Source: Macrostomum lignano (Eukaryota). From it: a DNA stretch of 64,000 nt. The DNA is taken from assembly GCA_002269645.1 (NCBI GenBank), contig NIVC01002143.1:42687-106686 (forward strand). The letters run 5' to 3'. Under the pieces are notes generated by a model. It did not search any database. It was not told the origin of the DNA and worked only from the letters and a program-made list of their open reading frames with translations. Position numbers and translations under genes: made by a program. Shown here in pieces: positions 22,992-51,847 of the stretch (the first letter of the stretch is position 1; each line of letters begins with the position of its first letter).

Positions 22992-25900
22992 ATGGATTCG
23001 CCGGCCGTTGACGCCCTGCCGCAGCCCAGCAGCTTCGTTGAGCAGCTTCAACTGGCTGTGCAGAGGCGCCGTACTGCTGTGGCTGCGGAGATGGCCAGCC
23101 GAAGCCGGGCTCGAGACCGCCTGCGGGCCATCGTCGATATGGAGCTGCCAGCCTCTCTAGAGGAGCTGCTGGATGCTGAGGCTGTCTTGGATGAGGCTCT
23201 CAGTGATGAGTCCAGCTGGGCAATCAGCTGCTCTTGGGATGAGGCTGCGGCGGAGTCTGCGGCTATCGAACTGCTCAGAGTGATGAAGAAATTTCTTGAT
23301 GCTTCAGGAGCTGAGTCAGCCACTGATTCGTCAAGTCAGGCTGTGTCAGCTACTGGTGCATCAAAACAGGCTGTGTCAGCTACTGATTCGTCAAATCAGG
23401 CTGTGTCAGCTACTGGTGCATCAAAACAGGCTGTGTCAGCTACTGATTCGTCAAATCAGGCTGTGTCAGCTACTGATTCGTCAAAACAGGCTGTGTCAGC
23501 TACTGATTCGTCAAATCAGGCTGTGTCAGCTACTGGTGCATCAAAACAGGCTGTGTCAGCTACTGATTCGTCAAATCAGGCTGTGTCAGCTACTGGTGCA
23601 TCAAAACAGGCTGCGTCAGCTACTGATTCGTCAAATCAGGCTGCGTCAGCTACTGGTGCATCTAAACAGGCTGTGTCAGCTACTGATTCGTCAAATCAGG
23701 CTGCGTCAGCTACTGGTGCATCAAAACAGGCCGTGTCTGTCGCCAGCCTGTCAGGCCAGCTCCTTGTGCTGGAGCAGCCATCAAATGTTATTCGGTTTTG
23801 CAATTCTTCTAGCCCAGCAATATTGATCCGTGACCTGACTGTGACGAACCCTGATGGGTCTGCGGTGGCTCTGCAACCCCATCGCATTCGGGTCTGTAAC
23901 AAACGGAAGCTGGTGATTGTAGTTGACAAAAGTGCCGGTGTTGTGGCCGTGTGTCGGCCTGACGGTCGGCTTGAGTTCAGCGTTGGGCCAAGGTTCAGCA
24001 AGAAAAGGTAGCTCAAAACTCTTAAAGTAATCAATGCTTTTTCGAGTTTTCTAATATGTTTGTATTTTGCATTGGAGTCATGAAAGCCGTTGATTCACAT
24101 TTAACAAGGGTTACCAATAGTAAATCCGAATTAAAGGGCCTAAATCTTTATATTTCAGGCTGCTGGAGCTGCCATTAGACGCAGTGAGCACGGAGAGCCG
24201 GCTGATGATCTGCTGCCCGAGCAACGGCATCTTTGCTGTGTACTTTGCCAATATTTCGGTCCGAACGGCCATCCCAAAGAAGATAATCGAACTGATGCGT
24301 CCTGTGCAGTTGGAGTGGCACTCGAAGCTTAAACAGCTAGTAGTTCTCGATGAAGTTGACAGCTGTCAGTACATGGTTAAAATGTTTTCAGTTGGAAATG
24401 AAGCTGCATCCACTATCGGACTGAATCTCGTGTCCCAATCTAGTGTGCCAGTGAAGTCCCTGGCCACTCCGTGCGTGCTGTGCAGCAGCAGCGGCACTCT
24501 GCTCTCTGTATTGAGCAGTGAGGGACCGCAGATTGTCTGCATGAACGATACATGTACTTCCTTGATCGGTACTGTTAAACTCTCGGTCATGGAAACAGTT
24601 ACTGACATGTGTTGGCGTAGCCAGACACTGATACTATGCTCTGCTGATGGAGTTTGTAGCTCAGTTCCTGAGAAATTCTTTGATGATACTTGTCGCAGGT
24701 GAGAGGACCGCTTCAGCTTCACCCCTCATTAAAGTGTAATAGCGCCGAATATTGACGTTCTCTAGTTTTGCTGTTTTTTAAATTGCAGAGAACTGCGCTC
24801 AGGCTTGGTGAGTGCTGGCAGGGGTGCCCAACAATCAACATCGGTGCAGTCTAAGGAGACTATGCCGACTGCTCAGCCTGTGACTAAGGTGTCGCCTACT
24901 GGTGGAGTCGACTTTTCCACTTTTATCATCGCAGCGTCTGTATCTACATCAAGCTACGTAGTGTCGGCTGCCTGCTTGTCCAGTCGGATTTTCGCTACCA
25001 CCCTCGCAGAGTCCCAGATTCGAGCATTCAGCTCCGAGGGAGCAGATTTGGGCCGCCTTGGCGTGTCTCGGCTGTCGCCGCATCCCAGCCGCATCCGAGT
25101 ATGCGACAAGCGCCAGCTGCTTATCATCCTGGATCAAGCTGGCCAAACTGTGACCGTCTGCCAACCAGATGGTCAACTGCGCTTTCAAGTTGGACCAAAG
25201 TTCAGCTGCAGGTTGGTTGGATTATTGCGATGCAATGGTCTCTGTCTTTACTGGCGAGAACATTCACGCAGCAAGCGTCTGAAATTTGGAATTTACAAGT
25301 GTAATAATTAACAAACTCTATAGATTTTAACAGAAATCGTTTTTCCTCTGTCCAGCTACAGCATCGAAAACCTGGAAGACGCGGTCAGCACTGGCAGTCT
25401 GCTGGCCATCTGCTGCTCCGACAAGGGCATTCTGTTTGTGTCGCTCCAGCATCCCAGCGCTTGGAAGACTGTCGTGAATAAAAGTAAAAAATTGAACAGA
25501 TTGAGGCATCCGATTAGTCTGGCCTGGAGTAGCAAGTTGCAGAATCTGCTTGTTGTTGATGAGGTTGCCAGGCAACCAGATGGCTACAGTCTCTACGCTT
25601 TCAAAGTGAATGCATTTAAAATGGCTGCCTCGCTGACTCTGCAGGCTGCTCATCCTGATGAAATTTTGTCACTGAGCAGGCCTTGCGTTCTGGCCAGCGA
25701 TGAAGGCATCCTCGTCTCCGTGCTCACCGATGAGGGGCCAAGGATTCTGTGCCTGAGCAGCGACTGCTCAAGCATTGTTCGAATGGTCAGACTGAGCTTG
25801 GCTGGCGCTGTCAGAGACATGTGCTGGCTGCCGGACAGCCAGCTGGGCGTCTGCTGCGATGGCGGCTTGTGCGCGCCCCGCACTGCTGGCGGCCTGCACC

Positions 25901-28900
25901 CTGAGAAGATGTTAGCAGCGACTGGGCCGCATTATTTCGAATATATTTTTCCTATTGTTGATCCAGAGTTACCTTCCCAGTTCGCTTTACTCATTCCCAG
26001 TTTAAATCTATAGTAGGTCCGCCGCCCTCCCAGATGCTGTGCCAGCCTCCCAGATCCTCAGTTGCTGTGTCACCCTCCCAGATCCTCAGTTGCTGTGCCA
26101 CCCTCCCAGATCCTCAGTTGCTGTGCCAGCCTCCCAGATCCTCAGTTGCTGTGCCAGCCTCCCAGATCCTCAGATCCTCAGTTGCTGTGCCAGCCTCCCA
26201 GATCCTCAGATCCTCAGTTGCTGTGCCAGCCTCCCAGATCCTCAGATCCTCAGTTACTGTGCCAGCCTCCCAGATCCCCAGATCCTCAGTTGCTGTGCCA
26301 GCCTCCCAGATCCTCAGTTGCTGTGCCACCCTCCCAGATCCTTAGATCCTCAGTTGCTGTGCCACCCTCCCAGATCCTCAGTTGCTGTGCCACCCTCCCA
26401 GATCCTCAGATCCTCAGTTGCTGTGCCACCCTCCCAGATCCTCAGATCCTCAGTTGCTGTGCCAGCCTTCCAGATCCTCAGTTGCTGGGCCAGCCTCCCA
26501 GATCCTCAGTTGCTGTGCCAGCCTCCCAGATCCTCAGTTGCTGTGCCAGCCTCCCAGATTCTCAGTCCCCACTTGCTACACACCGGCACACTAATCTGCT
26601 GTTAATAATGCAAGCGGCGCAGGAAACTGAATTGCAGTGAGGACACCGACGCAAGCCACTCCGACAGTCCGTCTGCCGCCATCGCTAGTCTGGTGCTGCT
26701 GACGCTCGCCACATCGAAACTGGCCGTCTCTGCCGGCGGGCTGGCCGACCGCTGCTTCATCCTGGAGCAGCCATCGGGAGCCATTCGGGTGTATGACTCC
26801 AGGGGCAGCCAGATCGGCCGGCTGACTTTGACAGGCCCCGCCGATGAGGCTATTCGGAATCTGCGACCCCACCGAGTTCGAATCTGCAAACAGCGTCGGG
26901 TGGTCATTGTGGACAGGGCAAACTGCTCGGTGCTGGTCTGCGAGTCTGACGGCTCTCTGAGCTTCCGCGTTGGGCCGAACTTTGCCAATGACGGGTCAGA
27001 CTTTGAGTAGAATATTTTACTGTTTGTTTGCTGCTCTAATCGCTGCGAGGCAAAGCAGGCGGTTTATCTTAGGCGTAGCTTAATTTGAGAGCTCATCTTG
27101 CAATAGTTAAGGGTGTAGTCAGAGCAAACCTTCTCGCCCACCGCCAACTTATTTGTGCGTATATTTCATTCTCGCACCCTAAATCTCTAGGGTCACAGAT
27201 TAGGACTATCAATTGACTTCTGAAAGCCCATTGGCCGACATAACAGTGCACAAAATCATAATAACATAATAGCAAACTTGAGCACAGAGGCTAGAGGTAA
27301 TTTGGGGTGGGGTGGGTCGCCCAGCCAATCAGAACTGGGTACGCGACAAACTGGGGCAGACGGGATGGGGGAGTGGGAATTACGGAGGGTTTAGAGGGCA
27401 ATGTCCGGCCCATCTGGCCAGAGATTGGTCATTGGTGCGGGTGCACCCGAGCGCAAAACTAACTCCACTTCCACTGTCTGCCTCTTTACGCTCCTCTGTT
27501 CCTTCTCCCTGCCCACTTTATCTCGTTTTTTAATCCTTTGATCAACCACTTTAATTCCTATTTCAGTCAACCAATGACCGCTCCGGAAGACGCAGTCAGC
27601 ACGGGCCTGTTACTCGCCATCTGCAGCCCAGAGTTCGGGCTCTACCTGGTGTCGCTATCCGAGCCGGACGCCTGGCGGACCACCGTGCGGAAAGGCCGCT
27701 GCGGTCTTGTTTGTCCGGTGCGCCTGGGCTGGCTGGCCTCGCGCAAGTGGCTGGTGGTGGCCGACGAGACGCCGAACTCCAACCAGTACAGGCTGCTGGA
27801 ATTCGTCATCAAAATTGGCAACAAGTCTGGCGGCGAGCAGCTGGCACCGCAGGGCTCGCCATTTGCTGTGCAGTCGCTGAGCAGGCCGAGCCTGCTGTGC
27901 GGAGACGACTTTGTCGTGCTAGCCATCGCCGAGTCGGTCGCGTCGCGCCTGCTCCTGCTGACGGGCAGCGGACTCCGGCTTATTAGCCAATTCCACGTCA
28001 GCGGAGAAGATCCCATTGCCGATCTGTTTTGGTTAAAGCAGCCGCGTCAGCTAGTTGGTTGCCATGGCAACAAGCTGCGTCTCTGGCCGACGATCTGTTA
28101 CGACAGTTGCGGCAGCTTTGAGGGGCCCTCGGAGGCGACGCCGCCGTTACCAGACGCGCCCGCCTCCATCGCCTGCCTGTCAGACCGCTGCTTTATTCTA
28201 AACCTGCCGTCCGGAACTGTCCGAGTGTCCGAATTGTTAATTAATGCCGTATCGAACGGGGACAAGCTTGCGCTGACCAAACCGACCGGTGCCCAATTTG
28301 ACGCGAGGCCAACGTGCGTCCGAGTCTGCGCCGAGCGCAACCGCCTCATCCTGGTTGACCAGACGGCTAACATGGTTCACCTGTGCAGCTCCGAGGGTCG
28401 CCTGTTTTTTTCAGTTGGTCCGCAGTTCACTAGCAGGTGAGCGGTAACTGTGATTTAGTTAGCTGTGCTCATTCCACTGATTAATGTCAGGAGGCAGACA
28501 GGTTGAACTCGTAAGACGAAGCAGTCCAAGGCCCGTATATTTCAAGCAGCTGTGTATTCAAATTAGCGAATAATAATTACTAGCTATTAGCAAAAGCAAA
28601 TTAAAACAAAAGGTACAGAGAACACAATCTCTTGTGTACCTTGGATGCGTACGCAGGCGCACACACTCACAGGGTGCACTGTGCACTCTGGCAAGATTTG
28701 TCTCATCGTCCTCAAAGAGGGTGCAGTTGGGAATCTCGGGCAGCGTTCTAGCATGCCTTTGCCCCGCCATGACAACGCAGCGCATTCGTTCGATGAGGCG
28801 TTTTGCCACCATGCAATACCGTCTCCAGAATGGTCCGCGCAGATGTTACTAATTGTAAAAGTGTAAACTTTCCCATAACACAAGGCTTCAAAATTTCGCC

Positions 28901-30087
28901 CTGTTCTGTCAATTGGCAATCAAATCGTCGGTGTAGGCGTTGTTATCGGCGTCGACACCATCCTACGCGTCGTATTGGACTGCGAGACGCTGCTTCAATG
29001 GAGTTGAGGATCCACTTTCGTTAGTTGAGTACGACAGCTGTGACTGTCCCTGCCGGTGCAGCAAAATACACAAATCAATGTCAGGCTCATCCTCGTCTTC
29101 TGATTTAGTGCTTCGTTTAACATCCTTCGAAAACTGACCCTAGGATGAGGATTGAAAAGCAGCGCCTTATTTAGGGTTGTCCCCAAACTGATCATAAAAC
29201 TGATCAAAACGCTATATTGCCTGGGCCAATACTGAATAAGATTTGACACTGCAAAGGTTGTATCAAGGCACACCTGCTTACCTACTCTAGAGCCTATCAT
29301 AGATAATAGAGTTACTTTAAAAACAAACAGTATATAAAACAGTCTATCACGCGATCGGAACTACTGTTTAGTTGATATGGATTCTTGTGAAGATTCATGA
29401 ACTACTACTGCTCAGTAGTCAGTCATTCACTAGTAAATGTGGGCTTTTGAAAAGGCGTGGTAGAATTCCGCTGTTTGCTTGCCCAGGTCGGCAATCAATT
29501 TCAGGTCAAATAATTATTCATATATTGCTTCAGTTTCGCAAGTGGACCCGGCCCTCTGCTTTTTCAGCTTGTCGCTGTCAAAGCCATCAGACGCCATCAG
29601 CACTGGCGAGCTGCTGGCGATCTGCTCGCCTGACAGGGGCCTCTTCCTGGTGTCCCTGGCGCAGCCCAGTCAGTGGAGAACCAGCCTCAAGAAGGAGAAC
29701 CACAATCTGAGCCGGCCGGTCCGCCTGGCCTGGAGCGGCTCCCGCCAGCTGCTCATCGTGCTTGACGAAGTCTTCATCGACAGATTCTGCGTGAGCACCT
29801 TCGAGATCGTCACCATGCAGAGCGGCGCGTTTCTGTTTCGCCAGGCCACCCTGGGCGACCCCGTTCGCTCCCTGGCCGTCCCCAGCGTGCTGAGCAGCAG
29901 CGGCGGCTTCCTGCTGTCTGCGCTCACCGAGGAGGGGCCTCGGCTGCTGAGCGTGGCCGACGACTGCTCGGCTGTCAGCACCGTCGCCGACTGCCAGCTG
30001 CCTGCGGATGGCGGCGCCGTCACCGACATGAGCTGGGCGGGGCGGCAGCTCTGGCTGTGCTGCGGTGGCAAGTTGATTGCGGCCTAA
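22992..30087 (+). CDS. Multi-propeller gene C: N-terminal helical domain, 14x 10-aa repeat and four NHL-like propellers, ~1426 aa. Exons 22992-24007, 24159-24698, 24789-25211, 25356-25910, ~26638-26994, 27567-28436, 29568-30087
   Basis: Paralogous to A and B; the N-terminal domain is nearly identical to B at nucleotide level. The six GT-AG introns are all phase 2. The exon 5 acceptor is at 26638 or 26623 (both phase 2). Exon 27567-28436 fuses two exons that are separate in A and B. Confidence 0.8.
26025..26565. repeat. ~28-bp minisatellite (same family as the AVL9 introns), gene C intron
   Basis: Tandem cagcctcccagatcctcagttgctgtgc units. Confidence 0.95.
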
Positions 30088-30168
30088 GGCGCGTTCGGTT
30101 AGCTAAGCTCTGCTGCTCTAACATCCTTGGTTAACCAATCAATCAGAGCGTCCGTATTTGGTTTGTGA

Positions 30169-30617
30169 CTCAGATACCAGAGTAACTAGATAAGCCACTT
30201 AGCACATTTGCGTGTAAGCTACTTTCAGTTCAGTAGTAAATTTAACAGAAGAATTTTATTGTATTTTTAAAGCCAAGGCTCATTTATTGGGTCTTAACAA
30301 ACCACCCTAGCTGAAAGCACCCAACCGCGTCTTTCCACACTGCCTCCGCCCCGCCCCGCTTCGCCCCGCCCCAAATTTTATTGCCTTTCTCAGAATTCCA
30401 GCCTAAAGCTGCCATGCACATTTCAGTAGACTGGCTAATGTACATTATTGCTAACCAAGCCTGCACGCTTGGGCTTCTAAACTTACTAAGTCATTTCAGC
30501 TGCCTTTATTCTTATAAAATAGCTTATGTGTTCTTATTTGCTACTGAACTGAAAGTAGAAAGCTGTTTCCTAAGTATATACGCCTGAGTGGCCTATCTAG
30601 TTATCTTATTATCTGTG
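30169..30617 (+). mobile_element. MITE with ~8-bp TSD (hAT-like), copy 1
   Basis: Imperfect TIRs c(t/a)cagata..a..taactagat.ggccact; flanks gtttgtga (30161-30168) and gtttggga (30618-30625); homologous along its length to the reverse complement of 38309-38763. Confidence 0.7.
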
Positions 30618-31711
30618 GTTTGGGAGAATTAAATAGTGATACAAAAGATAATGAAACATTTAAAATATGTCTTGCAATCTGAGACTATGATTTCTGTTAC
30701 TAGTATTAAAGCCTGATGTTTTCAATCACAGTAGTACTGTCTTACAGAATAAAGTGTAATATATGGGGAGAACTCTACTATATTTAGCTATTTAATTTAG
30801 CTACTTTCTGTTCAGTAGTTTAAGCGTAAAAAGCAACATTTATTAAACTAGCTCCACTACTAGTAAATTTTGATCCTCTTTTTAAGCTTGGTCATAGAAA
30901 AAAACTTTTTTCAGTCTTTTGCATTGGGAGATGCTTTCATAGTACACACAAAATGCGTCCTATTGACTGAAACTGGGATCGTATCCTCCGCTTTTGCTTG
31001 TTTGAGCATTTTCATTGGTTGGTAATTCAAGTCTGGATAGAAAATACCGTTTTACTTCAATGATGCAGCTAAAAGCGCAGAGGTGCAGTCGAAAAGGATC
31101 AATAAATATTTCCTACTAATGACTTGGGAGCACTGACATGCGTTTTGTAGTCTTCTTTCTTACTGCTTTTTCAATTTTGGACGCACTACCGTAATAGTTT
31201 ACAATTTCTATTTTTTATTGTCAAATGATCTTAAAAATAATATAGATAATTTCTTTACTAACCTACTGCCAGTAGAAATGCAGGAGTAATAAACGCGCAA
31301 TTCAGTAAAACGAATATTTTTTTATATCTACAAGCTACATGTATTTAATATTGAGTCGTTCAATACCTCCCACTGCTTTAAGAAGCTTAATATTTATTTT
31401 TCAATTTATAGTAAAGTGCCTATGCGGACTATTAATATCGATTTCTTCTATTAAAATTTCTCCTGTAATTTGTTTAGCGTTTTGGACAAGTAAAATTGCA
31501 TTTTCTTTAGTTGGTGCTTTTCTAAAATCTGTAAGCAATCTCGCAATTCGCGTTTGTTTGTTTTGTGTTTTTGAGCTGCCTCCATAAGATATTGATCAAT
31601 AAATTCCGAAACGTCCTCGCGGTTTAAATATTGAATATTTATCATGTCAGTTAATTTTTGGGGGTTTTGCTTTCGTTAATAATTATTTATCTTTTGCATA
31701 AATACATGCAT

Positions 31712-32225
31712 CTATGCCCCATTCCCCACCCTATCTATGCCCCATTCGCCACCCTATCTATGCCCCATTCCCCACCCTATCTATGCTCATTCCCCACCCT
31801 ATCTATGCCCCATTCCCCACCCTATCTATGCTCATTCCCCACCCTATCTATGCCCCATTCCCCACCCTATCTATGCTCATTCCCCACCCTATCTATGCCC
31901 CATTCCCCACCCTATCTATGCCCCACCCCCACCTATCTATGCCCCATTCCCCACCCTATCTATGCCCAATTCCCCACCCAATCTATGCCCCACCCCCACC
32001 CTATCTATGCCCCATCCCCACCCTATCTATGCCTCATTCCCCACCCTATCTATGCCCAATTCCCCACCCAATCTATGGCCCATTCCCCACCCTATCTATG
32101 CCCCATTCCCCACCCTATCTATGCTCATTCGCCACCCAATCTATGCCCCATTCCCCACACTATCTATGCCTCATTCCCCACCCTATCTATGCCCAATTCC
32201 CCACCCAATCTATGGCCCATTCCCC
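31712..32225. repeat. 23-bp minisatellite (ccccattccccaccctatctatg)
   Basis: Tandem copies, intergenic. Confidence 0.95.
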
Positions 32226-33727
32226 AGCATAAGCCCATTGAATCCAAATTTTTCATTCAGTTTTTAATAGCTTACATTTGCATGTAATGACGTCATATTT
32301 CAATAAGAAAGAGTTTAAACAGTAAACCTTCGTGGTTTCATGACCGTTAGTTACCATTTTTTACATATTTTAATTAATGAGCATACTACTTATAAAATAG
32401 TAGCCACTTAATGTCGAGTGAAATTGAGCTTATAATTTTTACTCCTTAACTACTGCAGTGTCAGTTAATTGATTATAATTTCGAAGCTGGCATTCAGAAT
32501 TGGGTCTGTCTCGTATTTACGAGCGTATGAAGCCCCAATCTTGTCCCCCAGGGCTATTAGTGTGCGCTGCGTGAGAATGAGTTGAGAAGCAGACACTGAA
32601 AATCTGCTGGTTGCGACCTGAGAGAGAATACGGCTGAATATTTATATATATCTTCATGCCCCTCAACTGCCTGAATCTTTCTTTTATTTCTCTCGCATTC
32701 CTTTACAGCCACGCCCTAGCTCGGTGACAGTAGCAGACTGAACTGCAGCATTAATATGGAGAAATATAACTTGCTTCTACAATACATGCAATATGCATTG
32801 GCTGGTGTCATTGCTCTATGAATTTTGTGCAAACTTTGTGCGCTTTTCAACGCTGTATATACGAGTACTGGACTGTAGGTGAAGGGGGGCGGTGCTGTGA
32901 CAGTACAGTATGTGCTCATGAGGGGAAGAGAGTCCGGGGAGAGGGGGGGGGGAAGAAGCTCAAAGAGAACTTGAAGACGAAGTCCTCTCTTCTGTTGTAG
33001 CCCTAGTTTTCCCAACCTCCCACCCACTGTAACTTTTCCTCCCCTTCCCTACCTCAGCTCAGATCTCTTCCTAACAAGCCAGATTGCGGCCTCATCATCA
33101 AAGACTCCCTTTTGATTTTCCTTATCAGCTCGTCGCCCCAGCTCTGCAACACACCGCTACATCGAAGTGAAACAACCTGGCTTCTGTTTGCCGGCCTTTG
33201 GCTTCTATTGACAAGGCAATACAAAAACTCAATGAACCAGAGTTTGTGTGTTATGCCTTGTCTGTGTTAGTTTTCCTTACTCTCCTCTCCGTAAGCCTGC
33301 AGCACTGCAGCCGTTGCCCATTGTCCCTTGAGCACAAGCAACAGTACTAGAAAAGTGGGCATTATTCCTCTCCTTTTACTCTCTAGCTGTTCAGTAGGTG
33401 CGCGCGCACACACACACAAGCGTGCTGGCGCACACAAAGTCTGCTTGAGTCCACTCAGCAACGTCAGCCGACCCTGCAGCGAAAGAAACTCACGCCCAAC
33501 ACCCCTGCGCCCTCCTCAATTGTTGGAGTAGAAAAAATACCTTTTTTACAAGCTTCTCTGGGTGGACTCAATCTTTCACCGCAGACCCGAGTAAGAACGA
33601 GGCCAGGCTTAAGAAGAGCTCATGCGAGCATCTTTGCACTCAGCGAACCTTGCCCTGTCTCAACTGAGCACTTCAGCCCTTCAAACTTCATCGGATTTCC
33701 AGCAGAGGCGGTTTCCCGGATCCCATC

Positions 33728-51847
<18,120 letters not shown>

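Noticed and set aside
8571-30087. Reading the whole cluster as a single giant gene
   Set aside because: The unit-4 B exons end in stop codons (15721, 22045, 30087) without evident donors, and each gene restarts with its own head domain.
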